Positions 19,410 to 27,473 of a stretch of DNA of 54,767 nt are shown here, piece by piece; within the stretch, counting starts at the first letter, position 1; each line of letters begins with the position of its first letter. This DNA comes from Myxococcales bacterium (GTDB lineage Bacteria > Myxococcota_A > Bradymonadia > Bradymonadales > Bradymonadaceae). The position numbers and the translations under genes are program-made. The stretch spans positions 1 to 54,767 of the forward strand of contig SKQC01000102.1 of assembly GCA_007119175.1 (NCBI GenBank), read 5' to 3'. The notes beneath the pieces were generated by a model. That model made no database searches. It saw only the letters and a program-made list of their open reading frames with translations, and was not told the DNA's origin.

Positions 19410-20327
19410 TCAACGGCGACTGCCAAAACGCCCGGCCATCGCCCTGAGTCCCTTCGCCGGACGGAGCAGAGTGACCGTCGGTCCCGGTACGACCTGCACG
19501 ACGCACGATTCCTCGCCGCCATGGAGGCGTCCATCGAGCAACCAGCCCTGTGGTGTATCGAGGTGAAGGCTCTCAAAGCGCCGCGCCCGCCGTCCTTTGC
19601 GCTTTAAAACACCGGGCGTCACAGCGTGGCGCAACAGCTCGGGCGTCGACAATTTTTCCCACAACACGGCTCCGTCGCCGTCTGTCCCCAGACCGAAATA
19701 GGTCTGTTTGAGCGTCGATACCATCATCGAGCCCCCCCGGGCGTCAGTGGGCTCGTGATCGATGGCCACCCGCATCGCCACCGGCGTGTCATCGTCTTCG
19801 CTAAGAGTATCAGTGGCCAGTTGGCCGACTGCCGAGACGAGATTTCCCGCCCCACCCCGGGCCTGCCGACGGGCCTGCGCGGCCCGATATAGCCACCCGG
19901 CGGCGAAACTAAATCCATACCAGGCGGCGCGCTCCGTCGACGATGTCACCTTGATTGTTCCCACCTGTTCCTGTCGCCAATCAGACACACCGCGGCGCAT
20001 CTGCCGCGCTGCCCGCGCCGCCGAGATCACTCCATCGCCGTGATCGGCGACCAGGGTCTCGCCGCCGTCGACGGGCCACAGCCGAAGGGGATCGACGCCC
20101 AGCGAACTCCGTCGCCAATAAGCCGTGACGACCTGGCCGACCAGGTCGTCGCCTCCGGCCACGATAAAGCCCTCGCAACCATCGTCGAACGATTCCTCGA
20201 GTACGTCGGAGGCCTCGTTTAAATCCGCTGGCCAGGCCACCACCGATGTCGGGGTTCGCTCCCAGGTCGAGCGCGCCTCGGCGACATCGTCAGCCGCCGA
20301 AATGACGATCATCTTGTCGGAATCCAT
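19410..20327 (-). CDS. diacylglycerol/lipid kinase (YegS/BmrU)-like protein with degenerate motifs
   Basis: Layout resembles DAGK_cat: MIVISA..., GFIVAGGDDLVGQVV in place of GGDGT, and C-terminal LLDGRLHGG...VVQVVPGPTVTLLRP in place of DGE...p.al.v. This is a weak, by-eye assignment. Confidence 0.4.
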   Translation of the reverse strand: MDSDKMIVISAADDVAEARSTWERTPTSVVAWPADLNEASDVLEESFDDGCEGFIVAGGDDLVGQVVTAYWRRSSLGVDPLRLWPVDGGETLVADHGDGVISAARAARQMRRGVSDWRQEQVGTIKVTSSTERAAWYGFSFAAGWLYRAAQARRQARGGAGNLVSAVGQLATDTLSEDDDTPVAMRVAIDHEPTDARGGSMMVSTLKQTYFGLGTDGDGAVLWEKLSTPELLRHAVTPGVLKRKGRRARRFESLHLDTPQGWLLDGRLHGGEESCVVQVVPGPTVTLLRPAKGLRAMAGRFGSRR

Positions 20328-20353
20328 CCATCCCTCATCAATGCATTAAATAC

Positions 20354-20385
20354 AAAAAACCGCCGCGTACGGCGGCGGTTTTTCC
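20354..20385 (-). terminator. rho-independent terminator after the ECF sigma/anti-sigma operon
   Basis: Minus strand reads ccgccgc-cgtac-gcggcgg (7-bp GC stem, 5-nt loop) followed by TTTTTT. It lies 30 nt downstream of the anti-sigma stop. Confidence 0.75.
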
Positions 20386-20415
20386 AAAATTCGTAGATTA
20401 CCGGGTGCTTTGCGA

Positions 20416-21240
20416 TCAGTTTTTCACCGAATCCGATACCAGGTTTAAGAATCGATCCTCGGAAAGGTCGCTGATCATCGTATAGGTGACGCCGCTATCC
20501 TGCACGACGGCCACACCGTATCCCTTCTGATTGAGCCAGGCAATTTCGCGGTCGTGAACCCTGCGAAGATGCTCGCGGGGAACTTTTACGCCATCGCCGT
20601 CGAATAAGATCGTGCTCATCCGCGCACCGTCGACTTCATAGAGCAAAAACGCCGCTCGCCGATCTTCGATATGGGCGATGCGACCACCCAATAGATTGAC
20701 CCGATCGTCTTCGAAATTGGGGAGGCGGACCGAAAAATCGACCTTATCGTCAAACCACTCCTGGGCTTCAGCGCGATCGGCGGTGGTCACCTCGAGTGGG
20801 AAATTGCCCTGATGCCAGTCGACAGTAGAATCGATCATCGATGCCGGACTGCTCGCAGCCGGTGCCACCACGGTCAATTCCGGCACCACCACCGCCAGAG
20901 CCACCATGGCTGCCAGCGGTCCAGCGATCCATCCCACATGGACCTTCGAGCGCCAGCCGCCCTCTGATTTTTCTTCGCAGCGATCGACCTCGATGCACTC
21001 CAATCCCTCGAGGATCTGCTCTCGCAGCGAATCGGGCGCCTTCTCACAGCCCAGATGCTGCTGGAGATGTTCCTTGAACTTCACCTGTGCTCGGACCTGT
21101 TTGCGACAGCAGTCGCAGACGCTTAAGTGGGCCTCCATATCGGCCCGCTCTCGCTCCCCGAACTCCTCATCGATATAGGCATCGATAAAGGGCTCGAAGT
21201 CCTCACACTTCGACTCAATTTTTCGTGCCATATCACCCAC
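20416..21240 (-). CDS. anti-sigma factor (zf-HC2 type) with one TM segment and periplasmic domain
   Basis: HLSVCDCCRKQV zinc-binding anti-sigma motif and TM segment WIAGPLAAMVALAVVV. Sits immediately downstream of the ECF sigma gene. GTG start at 21240 with GAGG 5 nt upstream. Confidence 0.75.
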   Translation of the reverse strand: MGDMARKIESKCEDFEPFIDAYIDEEFGERERADMEAHLSVCDCCRKQVRAQVKFKEHLQQHLGCEKAPDSLREQILEGLECIEVDRCEEKSEGGWRSKVHVGWIAGPLAAMVALAVVVPELTVVAPAASSPASMIDSTVDWHQGNFPLEVTTADRAEAQEWFDDKVDFSVRLPNFEDDRVNLLGGRIAHIEDRRAAFLLYEVDGARMSTILFDGDGVKVPREHLRRVHDREIAWLNQKGYGVAVVQDSGVTYTMISDLSEDRFLNLVSDSVKN

Positions 21241-21276
21241 GTTTACCTCGCCACGGCGAAACTCTTATTACTCGTC

Positions 21277-21954
21277 TCATCCGGCCTGAGCCTGCTTTTT
21301 TTCGCGATACTCCTCGAGGCTCGTCGTCTTTTCTTCCTCTTCCTCGACGCCGGCGTCCTCGTCCTCATCCGAGATATATCCCTCGGAAAGGGCGTATTCT
21401 GCCAGTTGTCCCTGGAGCATGCGCCGCCCGCGATAAAGTCGGCTCATCACGGTGCCGATCGGGCAATCCATGATCTCCGCGATTTCTTTGTAGGCAAAAT
21501 CCTGCAGGTCGGCGAGCAGCACCACCATCCGAAAATCGACGGGAACCTGCTTGAGCGCCTCTTTGACCTCGTCGCCGAACATCTTGAAATAAAGCTGTTC
21601 TTCCGACTCGAAATTCTCATGAAACGGGGTGTGCTCCGGCGCCTCCGCCCGCTCTTGAAGCGGACGATAGTCGTCGTCGATGAGGTATTCTTTTCGTTTC
21701 TTCTTTTTTCGATACCGGTTGATAAACGTGTTGTGCATGATCTTGAACAACCATGCCTTACAGTTGGTACCGTTTTCGTATTTATCGAAATATCGGAAAG
21801 CTTTGAGCATCGTCTCCTGAATCAGGTCCTCGGCATCGCTTTCACTCTTCGTGAGGCGAAGGGCCGTGCCATAAAGAGCGTCGATGTGCGGAACCGCTTC
21901 CTCTTGGAAAGCTTTCCGCTCTTGCGAATTCATTTTATTCTTTTTGTTGAACAT
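21277..21954 (-). CDS. ECF (group 4) sigma-70 family sigma factor with acidic C-terminal extension
   Basis: Region 2 DAEDLIQETMLKAFRYFDKY...WLFKIMHNTFINRYR. Region 4 VVLLADLQDFAYKEIAEIMDCPIGTVMSRLYRGR. Confidence 0.9.
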   Translation of the reverse strand: MFNKKNKMNSQERKAFQEEAVPHIDALYGTALRLTKSESDAEDLIQETMLKAFRYFDKYENGTNCKAWLFKIMHNTFINRYRKKKKRKEYLIDDDYRPLQERAEAPEHTPFHENFESEEQLYFKMFGDEVKEALKQVPVDFRMVVLLADLQDFAYKEIAEIMDCPIGTVMSRLYRGRRMLQGQLAEYALSEGYISDEDEDAGVEEEEEKTTSLEEYREKKQAQAG

Positions 21955-22064
21955 CAGCGTCAGCCCCTGTTGTCTCTCAGGTTTACTTCGCGAAAGAGCC
22001 TCTATTCGACCTTTACGAGTGCCGGGTTTTTCGAACCGCTCGGGTCTAAAACTTTAGACGCCGG

Positions 22065-22106
22065 CAATTCTATTTCATTTAAATTAAAATGTTACCGTGA
22101 GCCTAC
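22065..22106 (-). promoter_or_regulatory. candidate promoter/operator upstream of the ECF sigma operon (GCTCACGGTAACAT-N18-GAATTG)
   Basis: Bipartite motif about 110 nt upstream of the sigma start codon. The same 14-mer plus (G/C)AATTG recurs at 37645-37681 upstream of a lipoprotein gene. Confidence 0.35.
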
Positions 22107-22130
22107 CCAGAAGATCGCCGTCAATTCGGC

Positions 22131-23246
22131 TCAGCCGAGTAACTCCTCGATGGGCGTGTAGGCAAGCTGTAGGCTGTCTGCCACCACTTTATGCACGCAT
22201 TGCCCGCGATAGGTATTGACGCCCAATTTCAACGGCGGATCGCCGGCCACCGCTTCTTCGAGTCCCTGATTGGCAATCGCCAATCCGTAGGGAAGCGTGG
22301 TGTTATTTAACGCATAGGTCGAGGTCTGCGCCACGGCCCCCGGCATATTGGCCACACAATAGTGGACGACGCCATCGACCTCGTAGGTCGGCGCCTCGTG
22401 AGTGGTGGGCCGGCAAGTTTCGATACATCCACCCTGGTCGACGGAGACATCGACGACGACGCTTCCCTCGGGCATCTGTGAGATATGCTCTCGAGTTACC
22501 AGATGGGGGGCCTTCGCCCCGGGAATCAGCACCGCTCCCACCACCAGATCGGCATCGCAGACCTCCTGGGCGATCATCTCGCGACTCGAATATTGAGTGT
22601 CGATGGAATTGCCGAAAATATCGTCCAGATAGCGAAGCCGATATAGATCGACATCCAGCAGAGTGACACGCGCGCCCATTCCGACGGCGATCTTGGCGGC
22701 GTTGGTTCCCACCACACCGCCGCCGATAATCACGACCTTGGCCCGCTTTACGCCGGGCACACCGCCCAGAAGAATGCCCTTTCCACCTTCTTCGCGCTCC
22801 AGGCAGCGAGCACCGACCTGCACCGACATCCGGCCGGCCACCTCGCTCATCGGCTCCAGTAGCGGAAGCCGGCCGTCGTCGAGTTGAATGGTCTCATAGG
22901 CCACGGCGGCCACTTCCCGCTCCAGCAACGCCTCGGCAAGATCCGGCACCGCCGCCAGATGAAAATAGGTGTATACAATCTGGCCGCGTTCCATCAGCTC
23001 ATATTCCGGCTGTAGCGGCTCTTTGACCTTTACGATCATCTCCGAGCTCGCCCACACCTCTTCGGCTGTATCCAGGATCGTCGCCCCCACCGCCTCATAG
23101 TCCTCGTCGGGAATCGCACTGCCCTGGCCGGCTCCGCTCTGCACGACGACCTCATGTCCGTTTCGCACATATTCACTGACCCCGGCCGGTATCAGCCCGA
23201 CGCGGTACTCATTGCTCTTAATCTCTGTCGGCACGCCGATCTTCAC
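22131..23246 (-). CDS. ald: alanine dehydrogenase
   Basis: [23 protein letters not shown]-terminus and [16 protein letters not shown] fold. I prefer GTG 23246 (AGGAG 7 nt upstream) over the TTG 23270 of the track ORF. Confidence 0.9.
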   Translation of the reverse strand: MKIGVPTEIKSNEYRVGLIPAGVSEYVRNGHEVVVQSGAGQGSAIPDEDYEAVGATILDTAEEVWASSEMIVKVKEPLQPEYELMERGQIVYTYFHLAAVPDLAEALLEREVAAVAYETIQLDDGRLPLLEPMSEVAGRMSVQVGARCLEREEGGKGILLGGVPGVKRAKVVIIGGGVVGTNAAKIAVGMGARVTLLDVDLYRLRYLDDIFGNSIDTQYSSREMIAQEVCDADLVVGAVLIPGAKAPHLVTREHISQMPEGSVVVDVSVDQGGCIETCRPTTHEAPTYEVDGVVHYCVANMPGAVAQTSTYALNNTTLPYGLAIANQGLEEAVAGDPPLKLGVNTYRGQCVHKVVADSLQLAYTPIEELLG

Positions 23247-23460
23247 GATAAGACTCCTGGTCGAATGCAATTTATCGATGAATCATCACTGTAAGCGTTC
23301 AGCTCCTGGGGCCCGGGTTCAGTCCCTGGGGCCCGCGGCCAGCCTGGCCGCCTTTCGGTCTGACAGCCCGAGCCGTAGAGAACGCTACCTCGTCACTTTC
23401 TGGGCGAACTATAACCGGGCCCCATGACACACGCAATACGGCGGAGTGCACGGCTGGCTC

Positions 23461-23656
23461 AGGGTGTGTCTGAGAACTGCTAACCGAGCACCCCGAGGGC
23501 ACTTCTTCGCTTCGCTCAGGGCGCAGGGCTAGATGATTTTGGCACCATTTTTGATCGAAAAACGCAGGTTTAGCAGCGCTATATCGAGTATTTTCGACGG
23601 AAATGGTGTGAAAATCAGCCGCCAACTGCGACCGAAGCGGTTTTCAGACACACCCT
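23461..23656 (+). repeat. 196-nt rod-like imperfect palindrome, copy A (candidate structured RNA or REP/MITE-like element)
   Basis: Nested inverted repeats: 23461-23481/23636-23656, 23534-23550/23601-23617 and 23555-23561/23591-23597. Shares conserved blocks with copy B. Its G-T pairs are tolerated only as G-U on the plus strand. Confidence 0.7.
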
Positions 23657-23733
23657 AGTTTTCCTTTGCCCCATCTGCGCGTTTACCCCTACCCTCGCCG
23701 CCGAAACCGATTCCTTTCGCCACCGGAGCCGCC

Positions 23734-24288
23734 ATGGAGCTACAAAAAGCCCTCCTGACCCGACGCACCATCCACAATTATACCGCCGATCCGATCCCGG
23801 AGGGGGCCATCGAACGCGCCTTAGAGGCGGCGATCCGGGCGCCGAATCACAAGCTGACCAATCCCTGGCGCTTTACCCGCGTCGGCCCCGAAGTCCGCAA
23901 AAAGCTCACCGAGTTGGGCATCGAGCTAAAATGCGCCAAGAAAAATAAATTCACCCCGAAATTCCGCGATTATCTGCGCCAGAAATACGGCAATCCGGCG
24001 GAATTGGTCGCCGTCAGCCAGATTCTCAACGACGATCCCTTCCGTCGCCGCGAGGACTACGCCGCCGCGGCCTGCGCCATTCAGAATTTCTGCCTGTCCT
24101 TATGGGGCGAAGACGTGGGCTCGAAGTGGAGCACCGGCCAGATGTCGCGCCACGAATCGACCTACGAGATGCTCGATATCGATCCCGACGAAGAGGAGAT
24201 CATCGCCTTTGTCTGGGTCGGCCAACCAGAAGAGATCCCCGATCCGCCCCGCGATCCCCTGGAATCGGTAGTGCGCACGACGGATTAA
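23734..24288 (+). CDS. nitroreductase family protein
   Basis: LLTRRTIHNYTADPIPEGAIERALEAAIRAPNHKLTNPWRF is a typical nitroreductase N-terminus. Length is 184 aa. Confidence 0.85.
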   Translation: MELQKALLTRRTIHNYTADPIPEGAIERALEAAIRAPNHKLTNPWRFTRVGPEVRKKLTELGIELKCAKKNKFTPKFRDYLRQKYGNPAELVAVSQILNDDPFRRREDYAAAACAIQNFCLSLWGEDVGSKWSTGQMSRHESTYEMLDIDPDEEEIIAFVWVGQPEEIPDPPRDPLESVVRTTD

Positions 24289-24419
24289 AGGGGCAGTGAT
24301 TTGCTGGCCGACGTGCTTTTCGGCCCTATTATCGCCTCCATCACCACCTACGGGAGCTGAACCACGCGGTTCGGCCGACTCCTTTTTTTTGACCCGACCT
24401 CCACCGGGGGGCACCAGCG

Positions 24420-27011
24420 ATGGCGATGGCGACGTCGACTCCACCGAAGCATCGTATCTTCGTATCTGGCGCACTTTTCATCTTCGCTGCGATGTGGGGC
24501 TGTGCCGCGGACTCGGAGCGCTCTGCGAACGTCAACGAAAGACCCGCACCATCACGTATCTTCGCCTTCGACGCACCGAACTCCCGAGCTGCATTGGTGC
24601 GTCAGCTCGTCGATCGCAGATTCGACGAGGTCAAAAACCCCAAAAAACGTCCCTCCTCGATCGTATTGGCCAAAAAAACGCGCTCCTGCGGCAGCGGCGA
24701 CGACACAGACTGCGAGGACTGGCAGCTAGATGTGCCCCTCGATGTCAGCCCGAACACCGATGAGCGCCTCCAAGACATCGACTGGCAGCTTCTATTCGAC
24801 GAGGCATCACCTCGCTCGCTGAGCCGCGCCCTCGGCAGATCGGTGAGCATCTCCGATGGCGAGACGTCCTGCGCTGACGGCATCTGCACGCGCCGAGCGA
24901 TTCGGGTCTATGCCGCCGAATCGAAGGAGACGATCGTCGACGCGCGAGAGCGCTCCTACGACAGCGCCCACGAGAGAAGCTGGGCGCGAGCCAGAAAGCG
25001 ACTCTCAACAATGGACGACGACCAGTCGGTCACGGTCGGCGTTTTATTTTCTCCGCATACCCGCCCCGTCAGCAAACATTCCGTAAATTGGTTCGATGTC
25101 GACGATCCAAAACTGGTCGCCAAAAAACTCCAGCTTGAACACGAGCGCCGAATAAATGCCGGCCACAAAACGAGCCGCACCCGTTTCGACAAACTCGGTA
25201 TTTGCCGCTGGCTTCGCCCCTATTCATTCGCCAACGGCGCCGTCATCGAATGTGTGCCCCATGAGCTCACCCAACTGATCGATGAACGACCCGAATTTGT
25301 GGCCGGCGTATATCTCGACGAAAAACCAGTCATCGGCGACGGATCGGCATTCCGCGACCGCTCCGGCAGCGCCTTGAACGCCTATCTCAACGGCACCGAC
25401 GCCCGAACTGGCGCTCAGCCCTCACCGCTGACCGGTCGCGACGAAATCACCGTGGCCTACGCCGATCCAAAGGGGTTTTACCAGACCAATCGCCACCCGG
25501 CGTTCTTCGAGCGCGAACCGACCTGCATCGGTCGATTCTGCACATTTCGATCCCGGGTTCGCACCCTGGAGCGCTGCGACGCCCAGTCCTGCTGGAGTGC
25601 CCCCGATCAGGGCACACCGCTGAGCCACGGCTCCAGAGTCATCGGTGGTTTTCAGTCCATATTAGACGGCCAGGATCCGGACCTTACCAACCAGTCGGCG
25701 CGGCGCCAGCGCTCCTACGGCGCCTTCGAGGCCGGACTTCACCTCTACGATACCGACGACTCCGGCAACGCCGCCCTGAGCGCCCTGGAAGAAGCCGCGA
25801 GACTACACGACGGCCGGACCACCGCCGATATCTGGGGTTATTCGGCCTCCACCAACGGCTGTGATGACCCACGCGGACGCTGGGTGCCCTGGACGGCGGC
25901 CATGGACACCGCCTACGACCGCGGGCTACTCGCCGTACAGATCACCGGAAATTCCGTGGAGCGCCACCGCTCGTCCTGCACCACGACCGGTCTGGCCAGC
26001 CGCAGCGACTCCCTCGTCGTCGGTGGATTCGCCGATACGCGCCAAACCCTGATGAGTCAGTGGCGCTACGACTCCGCCCCATTGTCCTGGGCCTCAATCA
26101 CAGACCTGCAGGCATCCGATCGCTGTCCCGGCGAGCAATTATCGTGGAATGAAGATCGATGCTACTCCTCGGCAGAAGGCGGCGGCGATCTTTTCGTCGG
26201 CGATAAACTCCGCCCGCGAGTGCGCTCAGTCGTCGACCTGACAGCGCCTTCAGGCCGACGCTTCTCCGCCGTTCGCACCGGTCGCGGCGACAACGACTAC
26301 CAGCAGGTTTGCTGCGGCTCCAGCCACGCCGCCCCCAAAGTGGCCGCCGCCGCGGTCAGCCTCCGAGACTGGGGCTACCGGCGCGGTCTCGCCATCTACG
26401 ACGACCCGACTCTCCTCTACGTCATGATGTTGCTCGGCGGTGATTTTACCGGCGAATTTGCCTCGCGAAGAGCTGTAGACCCCCTCGACCAATACGCCTC
26501 GCGCCCCACCGACGACTATCGCCGCCGCCGTGGTTTTTCCCGAATCTGGGGTGCCGGCAGACTCCACGTCCAGCGATTGCTCGGCGAGGGGTCGACCCTC
26601 GATTCACCTTTTTCATGGGCTTTAGGCACCATGACCATCGACGACGAGACCGTCATCTGGCGCCGGCTCGGCATTCCACCGACGCCTGCCGACACCAGCG
26701 AGATTGTCGCCCTCTTCGCATGGGACGAGCCGGGCCTGTCGGCACAGCCCGACGACGCGGCAGCCCGGATCAATTTCACACTCCGGGCGGCGCCGCCGAA
26801 TATCGACCGCACCTGCCCGGCCCATCCCAACAATCCCATGACGGTCATCGGCAACGACATCAGTTACGACACAAAAAAGCGCATCGCCCTCGGCCCTGAG
26901 CTGGTCGCCCAAAACCCCCATATTATCGGCCAATGCATCTACGTGGGCATCCACGCCATAGACCTCCCCGGCCCTCGCGAGGGGGCATATATCACCTACC
27001 GAAGCCGATGA
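24420..27011 (+). CDS. divergent subtilase (peptidase S8)-like lipoprotein
   Basis: Lipobox FAAMWGC. Candidate catalytic motifs are VAYADPKG (Asp), SHGSRVIGG (His), VQITGNS (oxyanion Asn) and CCGSSHAAPKVAAAAVSL (Ser, compare GTSMAAPHVAG). There are large insertions and a domain of about 330 aa that I could not assign ahead of the candidate Asp motif. Confidence 0.55.
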   Translation: MAMATSTPPKHRIFVSGALFIFAAMWGCAADSERSANVNERPAPSRIFAFDAPNSRAALVRQLVDRRFDEVKNPKKRPSSIVLAKKTRSCGSGDDTDCEDWQLDVPLDVSPNTDERLQDIDWQLLFDEASPRSLSRALGRSVSISDGETSCADGICTRRAIRVYAAESKETIVDARERSYDSAHERSWARARKRLSTMDDDQSVTVGVLFSPHTRPVSKHSVNWFDVDDPKLVAKKLQLEHERRINAGHKTSRTRFDKLGICRWLRPYSFANGAVIECVPHELTQLIDERPEFVAGVYLDEKPVIGDGSAFRDRSGSALNAYLNGTDARTGAQPSPLTGRDEITVAYADPKGFYQTNRHPAFFEREPTCIGRFCTFRSRVRTLERCDAQSCWSAPDQGTPLSHGSRVIGGFQSILDGQDPDLTNQSARRQRSYGAFEAGLHLYDTDDSGNAALSALEEAARLHDGRTTADIWGYSASTNGCDDPRGRWVPWTAAMDTAYDRGLLAVQITGNSVERHRSSCTTTGLASRSDSLVVGGFADTRQTLMSQWRYDSAPLSWASITDLQASDRCPGEQLSWNEDRCYSSAEGGGDLFVGDKLRPRVRSVVDLTAPSGRRFSAVRTGRGDNDYQQVCCGSSHAAPKVAAAAVSLRDWGYRRGLAIYDDPTLLYVMMLLGGDFTGEFASRRAVDPLDQYASRPTDDYRRRRGFSRIWGAGRLHVQRLLGEGSTLDSPFSWALGTMTIDDETVIWRRLGIPPTPADTSEIVALFAWDEPGLSAQPDDAAARINFTLRAAPPNIDRTCPAHPNNPMTVIGNDISYDTKKRIALGPELVAQNPHIIGQCIYVGIHAIDLPGPREGAYITYRSR

Positions 27012-27039
27012 TCCCCCCCTGCAGAATGCAGCTTATTTA

Positions 27040-27207
27040 GTTCCCGTCCGGAAATTCCGATTTGGAGCAGAGGCGAGATGAAATCGACGAGATGGCCATA
27101 TCGCAAAACCGAAGGGATATCCGTAGGTTATTTCAAGTGTTGAGCGAATGGCCAGATCGCGATTTCAGCCGCCACCTGCGACATTCATGGGGTTTCCGGA
27201 CGGGAAC
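27040..27207 (+). repeat. 168-nt rod-like imperfect palindrome, copy B (same family as 23461-23656)
   Basis: Outer stem 27040-27058/27189-27207 (17 WC + 2 T-G pairs). Inner stems are tgaaatcg/cgatttca and tggcca/tggcca. Conserved block tcagccgccacctgcgac at 27165-27182. It lies between two convergent gene ends. Confidence 0.7.
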
Positions 27208-27210
27208 CGT

Positions 27211-27438
27211 TTACGTGGGGCGCACCGTCCAGATTTCACGACCGGTCTTCAACAATTTTTTGTCGATCGTCACCTCCGTGCCCTCGCGCATGGCCCGCTC
27301 GTGGATCTGAGCTTCGTCGGCCTTATCGCCGTCGCAAAAGCCGATTGGATTGCGCGACCGAGGTGATTTGATCATCACCTGAAATTCGCCGTGATCCCAC
27401 TTCGTCTGTGTCTCGTTGCTATGAGGCTCAATGGCCAT
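27211..27438 (-). CDS. hypothetical small protein (75 aa)
   Basis: High third-position GC (about three quarters G/C by eye) like neighbouring genes. Sits 35 nt downstream of the PpiC gene on the same strand. No family recognised. Confidence 0.4.
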   Translation of the reverse strand: MAIEPHSNETQTKWDHGEFQVMIKSPRSRNPIGFCDGDKADEAQIHERAMREGTEVTIDKKLLKTGREIWTVRPT

Positions 27439-27473
27439 AAGATTCTTTTGTGGAAAAGGAAAAATTCATCTCG

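Noticed and set aside
22085-22090. Plus-strand sigma-70 promoter (TAAAAT) overlapping the shared motif
   Set aside because: It would fire antisense into the 3' end of ald, and it has no acceptable -35 at 16-18 nt. The minus-strand reading upstream of the ECF sigma gene is more sensible.
23299-23625. 108-aa minus-strand ORF in the ald/nitroreductase intergenic region
   Set aside because: Its composition is not gene-like, it has no RBS or family motif, and it is largely explained by the nested inverted-repeat element. I treated the region as non-coding.
23461-23656. Interpretation of element A as 6S RNA
   Set aside because: The size and rod shape are compatible. However, I could not identify the characteristic large central bubble or conserved 6S features. 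The existence of a second diverged copy in a 3' UTR-like context argues for a repeat or regulatory element family rather than the single-copy 6S gene.
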